64,000 nucleotides of DNA, from NCBI GenBank assembly GCA_020353515.1, contig CP070695.1:1367637-1431636 (forward strand), written 5' to 3'. The translations under genes and the position numbers were made by a program. The stretch comes from Candidatus Heimdallarchaeota archaeon (lineage in GTDB: Archaea > Asgardarchaeota > Heimdallarchaeia > Hodarchaeales > Hodarchaeaceae). The notes beneath the pieces are model-generated. The model did not search any database. It saw only the letters and a program-made list of their open reading frames with translations, and was not told the origin of the DNA. Shown piece after piece: positions 49,640 through 59,928 of this stretch. Every line of letters starts with the position of its first letter. Position 1 is the stretch's first letter.

Positions 49640-52600
49640 TTAGATTAGTGTAGTAGGACGAGGCCCCTTTTCAAATAATAAACGTTTATTTAATTCAACC
49701 AATTCAACCCAAGAATGACAATACTCGGAAATATCTGAGTTGTATTGGTCTTTTAGTTGATTAACAATTTGTAAATATCTAAGAACCCATCCTTCGGATA
49801 ATGTTAATCCGATAGTCCGACGATGGCAAACGGGACAATTTGAGAGAGGAACACGTCGGAAGGTTGTATTACATGTATTACACCGTACTGGCTGTAGAAA
49901 GAAACGTGTCATAGAGGTTGTTATCTTTGGTAGGAAATCATTTACCAATATATCGTCAACAAACTCTCCTTCCTTCACCCCCCGAATACGACTGAGAACT
50001 CGTAATTCTGTCTCTATTTTAGAAACAATTTTACTTTCACGAAAGAGATTTTCGAAATTATAACGAGAAACATTGTCAATGTTGTGGGAAATTGGTAAAG
50101 GAGGCTTAAGAAATGACATTTTATAGGATAATAACTCCTCTTTTAAGGGATTTTCGATTAGATTGTTAAAAAATGAAAGATTCATTAATATTGAATCATA
50201 ACTGGCATAAACAGATGTTTCTTCCCATTCATCAGATAGATTGATGATAGCAGGCACATCCATTGTTCCTCCACGTAATGTAGGAACAAACTCCATTGAA
50301 AAATTAAGTAAGACATCTAGAAGGAGTGTTATTGAATCAATATCTCCATTACAATTTCGTGTTTTGAGTATATGCCACAAGGGATGAGCATAAATGACAT
50401 TATTTTCAGTATACCCGATAATTCTTCCAATGACTGCAACCATTGAAAATGGAGACAATCCAACGATTAAAAAGCCGGTAATGTCATTCAAAGAATTGAT
50501 TCTATAATAAGGAGGTAGTTCATATAAAAATGTTAATTCATCATCAATAAACTTAGATAAATCGACAAGAAATTCGCCCGCTGTTTTACTTACTATTACA
50601 TCAAAAGGATTGATTTCTATGAGTTGATCATCTTGTATCAAGTCATTACCAAATACATCATGAGTATAACCAAGTCTTAGGAGATCCTCGACCGAGCTAT
50701 GAACTTCACTAGGTGTGAAATAGGTAAGAGGTGCATTAGTTTGGTCAAAACGGCTCGTTCCATCTTTGTAAACAAAAAGATTGTGTTTTGCTCGTAATAT
50801 TCCTTTGATGATGTGTTCTGGTATTCGATTCTTACTGTTTAGAAAAGATACTCCCTTAATTTTTGTTAAATCATCTATTCCTGTTTTTTGAACACCAGAT
50901 TTTATTATTCCTGCAACATTAATCGGTTTAATTCTTGCAGGAAAGGCATATTGACCACACTCTCTACAGTTTCTTGTGTCAGATATATGTCCAGTCTTAC
51001 ATACAAATTGCTGTTTTGTTTCTTCTAAACATTTTGGACAAAAGGTAACGTATGTAGATTCCCCGCATGTTGTACAAAATCTTTCTGATATTTGAATATC
51101 GACATTAGCTCCCTTTTTTACCTTCAAAAGATTTCTTTGGGTGCCCCCATGAGAACCGATGGGAAAAAGAATATGCGAAGGCGGATTAATATGTCGAGGT
51201 TCTGATTTTTCGACTCTTATTATTTTTAGTCCAATTCTTCTATGACATAGTGATCTTATAGGGATTTTAGTAAGCTCTTGAACTACTTTCTCAATTCCTA
51301 CAGCTGAATCCTCTGATAAAATCTGTGTAATTTCCTCCTCTTTTCCTCTCAATGAATGGATAAAGGGCTGAAATCGTTCTGATTGAATATTACTACCGTG
51401 AATTATAAAAGGGGCACCTAACTGTCTAAGTATTACCTTTAAATCATCATCATCGGGGAGTAAGTCTTCGTTAGTGCTATCTATTTTTTGAATTAATCGT
51501 ATGAGATCACTAATAGCAATTTCATTCCAGTTAAAAGAATAAAATGGGTGGATTGGGACTTCAGTTATCCTGCTTAAGTTAAGAGCAATTTCTGGTGATG
51601 GTTGAAAACGTGTTGGCTCACTCAATAATTTCTCTAGCTCAATAGGAGAAATCCGTATAATATTTGCTAAATATTCAATCGATCTGAATTTTGAGGAAAT
51701 CATACGCTTAACTTCTTGACTCCACCATTCCTCAGTCCAAGCAGACAATTCAATAGTTTCTGTAGCTGGAATATCATCTGGAGAAAGTAAAATGTCTCCC
51801 ATTTCCCAGATCTGAGTTACATCACTTTCTACTTCAATGATTCTGGTTAAGGATTCAATCCTCTCACTAGAACCATCTTTAAATTCAACTAGAGGACCTG
51901 TTAGGGTTGAAACTGGGAAAACTGTAAGGGGTCGTTCCATGAAATCAATTTTAATGCTCGTGCCTGGAGACATCATTTCTGAAAGATACATTGTCACTGG
52001 ATGAACTCCCGCGGCACCTTGGCCCGTGTTACGTGAATAGCCATATCTTAATCTAAATCCTCCAGGTTTTCCTGATCTTGAGAGTAAAGGCTGTGTCCCA
52101 CGAACCTCGTTTCTTCCAAATTCATGTTTTTTCCTTCTTATCCCTTCAAAAGGGGGTACAAGCCATTCCCACTCAGGAATACCTGAAGCTAGACGAAGAT
52201 GAGCGATTGAGTTGATATTATCAATTATTTTATCAAAAGCAACACACATACCCATTCGCAATCTATTTGTCATATTTGGTAAATTTCGATATTTCTTAAC
52301 TTCAATTCGTTCATACGCTTCCCCAGAAATCTCAACACCGATATTTTGTACTAAAAAGTTGATTAAGTCTTTTCGTAAATCCCAAGAACGATCATTCATT
52401 TTAAAGTAAATTTCTATTTCTTCAACATATCTATTTATCAGTTCTGGGGACGGATTATACCGATTAAGATGTAAAACATGTCGTATATAATCAGCAATTA
52501 GAACTACTAGTCCAACAGTCTCTCCAGTTACATAACGTACTGTATTGGAAAAATATATGGTTAAGTGGTTTGATTTAGAACCAATTGAAATCTTTGGAAT

Positions 52601-52960
52601 GCTTTCATGAGGAACTGAGATCAATCCTTGACTTAAAATCACTAAAGAGCTGTGTAGCGCCATTAGTATAAGATTCTCACGAGTATCTTTTACAAATCGT
52701 CCATTAACAATCTGTTTGGCAATATCTGCAGCTAAAAGAAGAGGACTTTCATGCCAAGAGAGATTTGAAGGGAGATATTCTTCTAATTTCGGAATATTTA
52801 GAATTGCTCCTATCTTCGCTTTTGAAGTAAAAGTAAGTTTGGATTCTATTTTGGATTGAGGGTCGAGCTTTCGGGCTCTTGCTTGTGTTGCTAATTGAAC
52901 TTGAGTTTTAAGGACGTTTTTTATATTTTGAAGATATTCTAGAAACTCTTTTTCTATCAT
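49640..52960 (-). CDS. polC: DNA polymerase D large subunit (DP2) homologue, strongly diverged
   Basis: ARARKLDP, GGFRLRYGYSRNTG, KGILRAKH..VYKDGT.RFD.TN.PLT.F, RNCNGDID..LLLD.LLNFS, GG.MD.P and C-terminal CNTC..RRVPL..CPVC. Confidence 0.85.
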   Translation of the reverse strand: MIEKEFLEYLQNIKNVLKTQVQLATQARARKLDPQSKIESKLTFTSKAKIGAILNIPKLEEYLPSNLSWHESPLLLAADIAKQIVNGRFVKDTRENLILMALHSSLVILSQGLISVPHESIPKISIGSKSNHLTIYFSNTVRYVTGETVGLVVLIADYIRHVLHLNRYNPSPELINRYVEEIEIYFKMNDRSWDLRKDLINFLVQNIGVEISGEAYERIEVKKYRNLPNMTNRLRMGMCVAFDKIIDNINSIAHLRLASGIPEWEWLVPPFEGIRRKKHEFGRNEVRGTQPLLSRSGKPGGFRLRYGYSRNTGQGAAGVHPVTMYLSEMMSPGTSIKIDFMERPLTVFPVSTLTGPLVEFKDGSSERIESLTRIIEVESDVTQIWEMGDILLSPDDIPATETIELSAWTEEWWSQEVKRMISSKFRSIEYLANIIRISPIELEKLLSEPTRFQPSPEIALNLSRITEVPIHPFYSFNWNEIAISDLIRLIQKIDSTNEDLLPDDDDLKVILRQLGAPFIIHGSNIQSERFQPFIHSLRGKEEEITQILSEDSAVGIEKVVQELTKIPIRSLCHRRIGLKIIRVEKSEPRHINPPSHILFPIGSHGGTQRNLLKVKKGANVDIQISERFCTTCGESTYVTFCPKCLEETKQQFVCKTGHISDTRNCRECGQYAFPARIKPINVAGIIKSGVQKTGIDDLTKIKGVSFLNSKNRIPEHIIKGILRAKHNLFVYKDGTSRFDQTNAPLTYFTPSEVHSSVEDLLRLGYTHDVFGNDLIQDDQLIEINPFDVIVSKTAGEFLVDLSKFIDDELTFLYELPPYYRINSLNDITGFLIVGLSPFSMVAVIGRIIGYTENNVIYAHPLWHILKTRNCNGDIDSITLLLDVLLNFSMEFVPTLRGGTMDVPAIINLSDEWEETSVYASYDSILMNLSFFNNLIENPLKEELLSYKMSFLKPPLPISHNIDNVSRYNFENLFRESKIVSKIETELRVLSRIRGVKEGEFVDDILVNDFLPKITTSMTRFFLQPVRCNTCNTTFRRVPLSNCPVCHRRTIGLTLSEGWVLRYLQIVNQLKDQYNSDISEYCHSWVELVELNKRLLFEKGPRPTTLI

Positions 52961-52966
52961 TTCCTC

Positions 52967-53689
52967 TCACGATAAAATATGAACACCATTCATCAAGGTT
53001 ACATTAAGTATGCCCAGATTATCTAGGTTGTTTTCCCCCTCAAAGTAATATATGCCAGTATAGTCTGAACTGGAAGAGGGAATAAGATAGTGAGTAGTAT
53101 TAAAGATATAGATTGAAGAAGCATCTACGTTTTCGAGCTGTTTTCCTCTTGATTGTTGAATGATAACTTTATTACCCTGAATTTCAACACGTCCAATAAA
53201 AACAATAGAAAAGGCTTCATCAATGGTGAACGTAGACGAGACAGCACTCATCCTCAAATGCAGTTCTGCTTGAATCTGACTAGAATAAACAGTTCCGAAG
53301 CTGTCTGATACATTCCCATAAGGAGCTAATTGTGCGCTAAGATTGAAGTTGTGATTAGATAATTGGAATTCTGAAGTAACCCCTCTCGCAGAGTAGAGTG
53401 TTTCGATTCCATTTAAAAAATCATTTATTCTAGTGATGGCTGTACTGGGAGTCAATGTTGTACCATTCTCAGAGTATTCAGTTAAAATTAGTTCCAAGTA
53501 ATTCTGAATTTCACGTTTTGAGTCCAAGTATGGTTCTCGTAAGGTTTCCCGATCAAATTCGATTCTTTCGGCTCCAAGATTCATCAAAGCAGAGGTCATC
53601 ATTACAACATAAACAGCTATTAACATCGTTGCTAAGATGAACATCTGACCTCTATGTTTTTTCGAGTATTTGAATCCTGGAATTCCCAT
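52967..53689 (-). CDS. Pilin-like protein with class III signal peptide
   Basis: KKHRG^QMFILATMLIAVYVVMM. Confidence 0.7.
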   Translation of the reverse strand: MGIPGFKYSKKHRGQMFILATMLIAVYVVMMTSALMNLGAERIEFDRETLREPYLDSKREIQNYLELILTEYSENGTTLTPSTAITRINDFLNGIETLYSARGVTSEFQLSNHNFNLSAQLAPYGNVSDSFGTVYSSQIQAELHLRMSAVSSTFTIDEAFSIVFIGRVEIQGNKVIIQQSRGKQLENVDASSIYIFNTTHYLIPSSSSDYTGIYYFEGENNLDNLGILNVTLMNGVHILS

Positions 53690-54205
53690 CTAGAATTTCT
53701 CCCATAAATATAGTTGTACCAGATATTGCGTAGTATATTGCCCAAACGTGGCTGAAGTAAACGAACCTAAATGGTAATTCGCCACAACTCCTTTTCCTCC
53801 TTGTTGGAGTGCAACAAGGGCTGTTGAAGACCCAATAACGCTAAAAAAATCTTCATTAATTGTACCATTAACTATTTCATGAGCAATTAGGGCATAGTCA
53901 ATATTTTTAGACACTATAGTAGTAATATATTCATTCAGTAGATTTTTGTAACTTAAAAATTCCTGTTCATATCTAGTGTCTCCATAAAGATATATAACAG
54001 GTCTTAATAATCCTGCTTCATCTGAAGCTGCAAGAATATCTGTTGCTGTTTGATCCAAACCAGTAAGATTTGAATAAGACGATAAGGTCTGATTTGTTGC
54101 CCCTATCAATAGAAGAGCAAGAACAAGCATTAATGCTACTGAAACAAGTGTTTCTGCAATCTGTAGTTGTCCTCTATGTTTATTCATTTGTTCTATTTGC
54201 TCCAT
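53690..54205 (-). CDS. Pilin-like protein with class III signal peptide
   Basis: KHRG^QLQIAETLVSVALMLVLALLL. Confidence 0.75.
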   Translation of the reverse strand: MEQIEQMNKHRGQLQIAETLVSVALMLVLALLLIGATNQTLSSYSNLTGLDQTATDILAASDEAGLLRPVIYLYGDTRYEQEFLSYKNLLNEYITTIVSKNIDYALIAHEIVNGTINEDFFSVIGSSTALVALQQGGKGVVANYHLGSFTSATFGQYTTQYLVQLYLWEKF

Positions 54206-55353
54206 AAGGTTAATTGACAGCTCATTAACGTACCTCTGACAATAATGGGATAGAATTTTGATAACATTGATTTTGTTCTGGTACCAGGAATTTCTTCTCC
54301 AAATACCTGGTTAAATATCCCACCAGTCGAAACACGATCAAGAATCACAGGATATGATCCTATTTTTACTTGATACTGGTTATCAGTTATAGCAATACTG
54401 AGAAAGGCAACCAAACCTTCATTCGGAATTGAAACTGTCTCATTGCCATACGAGGCTGTTTCTAAATTTATAGTTTTTTTCGAGTAGCCCGATGTGGTAT
54501 TTTGATATATGATAGAGAGAAAATGCGAATCAGGACTTATTGGTAAATTATCTGATGCTAAAAAACTAGTAGAATTGATACCTCCTCCCCAAATAGTTGT
54601 ACTTGAAGATGGACCAATGAAAACTACTTCAGAAGTTGGATCATTGAAACTCCAGTTCATACACCAAAGAGGACCTTTTTCTACAATGATAAATACTATA
54701 TGTTCTCCCCCTGGGACATTTTCAGTGGGATTTGATAGCTGGAGAGAAGTTTCTCCGTTGGAATTAGTTAATGTTGCTCCTTCAGGAATCACATTGCCAT
54801 TAGTCAGATCAATGGTAAAGAAATTAACTAAAGCATCTGCAATAGATATATTATAAAGATTTTTTACATTTACTTGAGCGAAATTTGTAGAAGAAGCATT
54901 TACTTCTGCATTTAATAAAGGATAGAATCCTAATCGGAAATTAAAATCCCTATCTAAACCGATTGTCTCCTTAAGAGTGTCATAATCAAACATTGTGTAT
55001 CCTGATACACCAGATGAATCCTTAAACGTTAATCGCGCTATTTTTGCACTATCTAAAACAAGATATGACTGTGCATTACTATCCGCTAGGCCAAAAGATG
55101 CTGGAAGTGATTGATGATAGCCCCAATCAAGATCTCCATCCTCAAAAAGTAATTGACGACCTAAGATATCTAACTCCTCATAGGTTATGATTTCCCTTGA
55201 ACTGGTATTTATACCTGTTTGTACATTAATAACAAGTAAAATTAACTGCGATAACATAAGTAAGAAGAGAAAAAGACTCACAACAAAGTCGACAGCTCTA
55301 ATCTGTCCACGGCGTCGTTTTTTAAGTCTTGGAAAGTTCATCTTGTTACCCAT
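54193..55353 (-). CDS. Large minor-pilin-like protein with class III signal peptide
   Basis: KKRRRG^QIRAVDFVVSLFLFLLML; G...W....FGLA segment typical of archaeal minor pilins. Confidence 0.75.
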   Translation of the reverse strand: MGNKMNFPRLKKRRRGQIRAVDFVVSLFLFLLMLSQLILLVINVQTGINTSSREIITYEELDILGRQLLFEDGDLDWGYHQSLPASFGLADSNAQSYLVLDSAKIARLTFKDSSGVSGYTMFDYDTLKETIGLDRDFNFRLGFYPLLNAEVNASSTNFAQVNVKNLYNISIADALVNFFTIDLTNGNVIPEGATLTNSNGETSLQLSNPTENVPGGEHIVFIIVEKGPLWCMNWSFNDPTSEVVFIGPSSSTTIWGGGINSTSFLASDNLPISPDSHFLSIIYQNTTSGYSKKTINLETASYGNETVSIPNEGLVAFLSIAITDNQYQVKIGSYPVILDRVSTGGIFNQVFGEEIPGTRTKSMLSKFYPIIVRGTLMSCQLTLWSK

Positions 55354-55383
55354 TTATCGATGTAAATAATCCATTTAAACTCG

Positions 55384-55839
55384 CTAAGATATGACATCCT
55401 CGGTAGAAGAACCAACATTCGCGACCTCAAGTTGAATAACTATCTCTTGGATACGATCTTTTAATTCTAACATTGTTGTTTCCAATTCTGTCAATTGTAA
55501 TCCCTTCTCTAAGAGAGAGGTGGCTTGTGAAATTAGTTCATCAGCTTTCTGGGTTTTATCTGTCTTCATTGTTGAGGTTAGCTCTGTTAAATTATTCATT
55601 TTTTTCATAATTTCGGAGATATTGTTTTCAATTTCAGAGATTCTTTTTTCCAGAGGGGCTAGATCAACTTCAACAGGACCAGCTTGAGGAGCAGATACAG
55701 ATTTTAAGGCTGGAGATTTGGGTGTTGCTCCACCTGTTCCCATCCCCTGAACCATCAAAAACTCCATATTGGTTAGTTTATCTTCTAGAGCTGAAACTTT
55801 ATCTAGTAATTCTGTGAGCATTTTTTCTTCTTTTCCCAT
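55384..55839 (-). CDS. Cytoplasmic coiled-coil protein within the pilus cluster
   Basis: Heptad repeats around a Pro/Gly/Ala linker. Confidence 0.65.
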   Translation of the reverse strand: MGKEEKMLTELLDKVSALEDKLTNMEFLMVQGMGTGGATPKSPALKSVSAPQAGPVEVDLAPLEKRISEIENNISEIMKKMNNLTELTSTMKTDKTQKADELISQATSLLEKGLQLTELETTMLELKDRIQEIVIQLEVANVGSSTEDVIS

Positions 55840-55862
55840 GAAAATCGACCTCGAATTACATA

Positions 55863-56861
55863 TTATACCAGACCAAATAGTGAGAAAATCTGTGAGATAA
55901 TATCTGCTATTAGGATCTTAAAGATCACGTAGCAAATTATTAAAAGAATACAGGAATATTTTAGTCCAAGATTTGCATTTCCTTGCCCCATCTTACCTGC
56001 TATGAGACCTGCAAATATTGCTTCAACAACCATTAAATGGAAGAAGATTAATTGCATTCCTGCAACATTAAATGGCAATGCTGCTGTTAATGGTTGTTCT
56101 TCTGATACTGCTTCTACCATGTTAAGAGCTAAGGTTTGGAAGAAGGAAATGAGTAAAATGATCATCACTAACGAGAAGACGATATATGAAACAAAAATTA
56201 TCCAAGTGAATGGTTTCATCGACCCAAGACGTTCCCTTTTTAATCCAAGAACTTCTGATACGTGTCTATGAGCAGAATCGAATACATCCTCAATGGCTCC
56301 TCCTGAACGTTCAGCCTCTAAGATTAATAGTGATGTTCTTCTCATCAGGGGAGTATCTGTAATTTCCGTTAAACTTCGAAGTGTTTTACTAAAAGGGATT
56401 CCCCAACTGATCTTGGCTGCCATTTTTTTCAATTCAGGAGTAAGAGCTCCGTAATTGTGCTTACTTGCTGACATGATTGCCCTTGGCAATGGAAGACCAG
56501 TCTTTTGAGCGTCAGAAACCTCACGTAACAAGGATGGGATATTTTCATCAATGTTGTCACGCCATTTTTGGTCGGAATGATATGCCCAAGCTGGAATAAC
56601 AATTAAGACAAGAATAGCTACAACAGTTATGTCAATAACATCAAAGAAATTGACAATTGGATCTCTGATAACCTCACTTACTTTGTCAAGATAACTGTTA
56701 TCCATTGGATCTCCCTCTTCTTTTATGGGAGGTTCTACTGGAAAAATGTGATTTAAAACTGGGATATAAAAGTAGAAAAAGGCTGTTCCAGATGCTATTA
56801 TGAAGAAAAGTATCGATATAATCCAGATCCACCGTTCACGTTTTTTTGTTAATTTTCCCAT
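55863..56861 (-). CDS. Type II/IV secretion system F-family membrane platform protein (TadC/ArlJ-like)
   Basis: IPSLLREVSD...GLPL..A....YGALTPEL....SWG, EAERSGG, GLIAGKM. Confidence 0.9.
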   Translation of the reverse strand: MGKLTKKRERWIWIISILFFIIASGTAFFYFYIPVLNHIFPVEPPIKEEGDPMDNSYLDKVSEVIRDPIVNFFDVIDITVVAILVLIVIPAWAYHSDQKWRDNIDENIPSLLREVSDAQKTGLPLPRAIMSASKHNYGALTPELKKMAAKISWGIPFSKTLRSLTEITDTPLMRRTSLLILEAERSGGAIEDVFDSAHRHVSEVLGLKRERLGSMKPFTWIIFVSYIVFSLVMIILLISFFQTLALNMVEAVSEEQPLTAALPFNVAGMQLIFFHLMVVEAIFAGLIAGKMGQGNANLGLKYSCILLIICYVIFKILIADIISQIFSLFGLV

Positions 56862-56882
56862 TGCTTGTAACCTCTTTTTCTA

Positions 56883-57791
56883 CTAAACCTCTCGTGAAAT
56901 CGTAGAGATCAACAAAATCATTACAACTAGCAAAATAGGCATTATTAAGTAAGTTAATAGCAACATTATGACAGTTAAAATTTCTATCTCTGGTGAAATA
57001 ACAGCAAGAATTGCGATAATAACAACAAAAAACAAAGGAGCAACCACTCCTAAAATCATAAATATTTCCGCTAATATTCCTAACTGCTCAATGAACTCCT
57101 TAGTTTCCTCTTCCTTCATTTTCATTAAAGCTTTTGCTTCAGCAGAGAGATAAAAGGTTAAATCTCCTCCACTTGTGACCGTTGCTGACATTCCATCTAA
57201 AAATTTAGAAAATCGTTCGGAAGGGGATCTTTCACTTGCAGTACGTAACGCCTTTAGAATGTCATATCCAAAGATTTCGATATCCCTTGTAATTCGCTTA
57301 CTCTCTTTAGAGATTTCTGGAGCAACTGAGGCTTCTCCTGCGAGTGAATAAAACAATCTGTTTGGAGGGACTCCTGAACTCGACATAGCGGAAAGATATG
57401 AAGCAGTAGAAGGTAATCCTGACTCTATCAATATTTTACGATCAGCGGCCTTCATCTGTGGCCAATAGAGGAATGGTAGATATGCAACAATGCTTATTAT
57501 TACCCCAATGACTATTCCAAGTAAGATGGACGGAAAAAGCTGATTTTGAATATTTGCAGCTTGAAGCAATAGTATACTGGTTGTTATAATGATAAAAGAC
57601 AAAATTCCCACAAGAATCGAACTAAAAATGGCACTTCCTAGATAAGCACGAACAGAAATATCCATACCTGCTTTTTTTAGACTTGTATTTAGTCTTTCAA
57701 AGCGTCCTTTTTCAATCCAGGGTTCAAGAAATCTGCCAAATCTGAGATAACCGACTCTTCTAATGACCTTACTCACAAGTAAACACTCCAA
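56883..57791 (-). CDS. Type II/IV secretion system F-family membrane platform protein (TadB/C-like)
   Basis: LKKAGM, LP....YLSAMSSSG, G.DIL.AL....RSPS..F..FL.G......SGG. Confidence 0.9.
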   Translation of the reverse strand: MECLLVSKVIRRVGYLRFGRFLEPWIEKGRFERLNTSLKKAGMDISVRAYLGSAIFSSILVGILSFIIITTSILLLQAANIQNQLFPSILLGIVIGVIISIVAYLPFLYWPQMKAADRKILIESGLPSTASYLSAMSSSGVPPNRLFYSLAGEASVAPEISKESKRITRDIEIFGYDILKALRTASERSPSERFSKFLDGMSATVTSGGDLTFYLSAEAKALMKMKEEETKEFIEQLGILAEIFMILGVVAPLFFVVIIAILAVISPEIEILTVIMLLLTYLIMPILLVVMILLISTISREV

Positions 57792-57797
57792 ATGATC

Positions 57798-59306
57798 TTA
57801 AATTGCTTTTAACTCTCTTTTTGCACGATCAACTGTTTCAAGAGCACTCTGGTAATAACTGTTAATTACTTCAGACACCTGAGAAAAATGGGCTAACTTC
57901 TTTTTAACCATCCACCTTAAGATGGTTTTTCTGCGCTCAAGTTCATCGAAAACTTGGGCCTCAGTCAAACCTTGAGCTTCTTGAATACCTTCTAAGGCGT
58001 AGGATCGGCCATAGTTGATAAATGCATCCTCACGAGCATTCCATCCAAAAACTTTGTTCGTTATCAATTCTGTCGTTACAGGATCTATTCCTACGATTTC
58101 AGTGCATTCGATCACTCGTCGTACTTGTTTGTCACCACGACGGACCTTTCGAAGGACGAGAAGGATATTTAAGGTTTGAATTAAAGTTCTTGGAATATTC
58201 ATTGGTTCATTCTCTAGACGTCTAATAGTTCCAGTTACGCTATCACCGTGAATTGTCCCCATTCCAGTGTGACCAGTAGCCATTGCTTGAAAGAGATTAT
58301 ACGCTTCTGCTCCTCGTACTTCTCCAACAAAAAGGTAATCTGGTCTTTGGCGAAGTGCTGCACGTAGAAGGTCATACATTGAGACTTCTCCTCGACGAGT
58401 TCCATCAGCTTCACGCCCTCCATAACCTTCTCGTGCCACAGCAGGAATCCAGTTTTCATGGGGAATATGAAGTTCTGCTGTGTCTTCAATCGAAACGATT
58501 TTCATTCCAGGTCTGATATACATAGCGAGACTATTGAGGAGCGATGTTTTTCCTGCTGCTGTACCTCCTGCAATAACAATGGAATTTCTATTTTCTAAGA
58601 TATACCATAAGAACGCAGCCAAATCCTCATCAATGGTGTTAAAAATTACCATATCTGTTATTGTTAATGGATCAGATCGAAATTTTCTGATAGTAAAAGT
58701 ACTCCCTCGCTGGGTTACCTCACGACCATAGGTAAGCTGAAGTCGGCTGCCATCTGGTAATGCAGCATCTAGTAAAGGTCTCGCTACACTGATATGGCGT
58801 CCAGCTCGTTGAGCTAATTTGATGATAAATGCATCCAAGTTGTCCTCCTCCTCAAATTTAACATTTGTTTGGATACTTTCAAATTTCCGGTGCCAAATAT
58901 AAACAGGAATTCCTACTCCATCACAAGATATATCTTCGACATTGTGGTCCTTTAGCATTGCATCAATCGGACCGAATCCGACGAAATCACGAGTAATATG
59001 ATAATTAATCTTATCGAAGGTTTTCTCATCTAATTTTAGTCCATAATCTTTAGCAATTCTAATTACCTTAGATCTAAGGTAATCACGTGCAACCTCAGGA
59101 TTTTTAAGGACATTGAAATCTACATCCAATTCTTCTTCGAGAATATTTTTAATCATATCTAAGATTTCTTTCTCTTTAGTGCTTAAAGGAACTTCAACAA
59201 CAGTATATTTAGTCTGTTTGGTTTCAGGGTCGGTTGCAACCAACGCATAACTGAAGGGGGGGATTAATGGATATGTCTCTCGAATTAGACTACTTGATTC
59301 TGCCAT
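57798..59306 (-). CDS. Type IV pilus assembly ATPase (ArlI/TadA/VirB11 family)
   Basis: EDISCDG, LPDGSR, TIRKF, Walker A GGTAAGKT, SIEDTAEL, RQRPDY..VGEVRG.EA, TGH. Confidence 0.95.
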   Translation of the reverse strand: MAESSSLIRETYPLIPPFSYALVATDPETKQTKYTVVEVPLSTKEKEILDMIKNILEEELDVDFNVLKNPEVARDYLRSKVIRIAKDYGLKLDEKTFDKINYHITRDFVGFGPIDAMLKDHNVEDISCDGVGIPVYIWHRKFESIQTNVKFEEEDNLDAFIIKLAQRAGRHISVARPLLDAALPDGSRLQLTYGREVTQRGSTFTIRKFRSDPLTITDMVIFNTIDEDLAAFLWYILENRNSIVIAGGTAAGKTSLLNSLAMYIRPGMKIVSIEDTAELHIPHENWIPAVAREGYGGREADGTRRGEVSMYDLLRAALRQRPDYLFVGEVRGAEAYNLFQAMATGHTGMGTIHGDSVTGTIRRLENEPMNIPRTLIQTLNILLVLRKVRRGDKQVRRVIECTEIVGIDPVTTELITNKVFGWNAREDAFINYGRSYALEGIQEAQGLTEAQVFDELERRKTILRWMVKKKLAHFSQVSEVINSYYQSALETVDRAKRELKAI

Positions 59307-59449
59307 TTATTTGTAGCTCCTACTTTTTTTCTCTTCTAGATCCAAGAGTGATGTTTTTTTTTAGATTATTTTTTCCTAGGTAAATATTTCCTACTGATAA
59401 TATTTTTTTGATTTGGATAAAGGTAATCATAACTTTTAGTTTAATCTAC

Positions 59450-59902
59450 TCAAGAAATGGTTATTACGATATTATTTCCGTTTTTTTCTATATGTAAGGC
59501 CAATAGAGTATTTACACTTTCAAATATTGAATCTGATGTTTCAATAATGTATTTTGGGGCCACTGTAAAGATTTTTATCTGATCAACGTCTCCATTCGAG
59601 GAAAAACCGTGTAAAATGATCTGATTGTCAGAGGAGTTATAGATCTCAATAGAATACGGAGACATTTCCCCTATGACAGCTGGTAGTTCTAGTTGTTGTT
59701 CGATCAACTGACTACCGTCTGTTGAAAGAAGTAGTGATTGCTGAATTTGTTTTTGAATTAAATCAAGAATTCGTGTCATTTCCACATCTGCAATATTCTC
59801 CCGAAATTGGTCGCTTAATGTTAAGAACATGAGATTTGTGATAATAACCATGTTCAAACCAAGAATAAAGATAACAATAAATGTGATATATTGAGATGCC
59901 AT
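59450..59902 (-). CDS. Pilin-like membrane-anchored protein
   Basis: N-terminal hydrophobic helix; ELPAVIG..PY.I segment seen in archaeal pilus-associated proteins. Confidence 0.55.
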   Translation of the reverse strand: MASQYITFIVIFILGLNMVIITNLMFLTLSDQFRENIADVEMTRILDLIQKQIQQSLLLSTDGSQLIEQQLELPAVIGEMSPYSIEIYNSSDNQIILHGFSSNGDVDQIKIFTVAPKYIIETSDSIFESVNTLLALHIEKNGNNIVITIS

Positions 59903-59928
59903 ATATTATTCCACGATTTTTGTATTAT

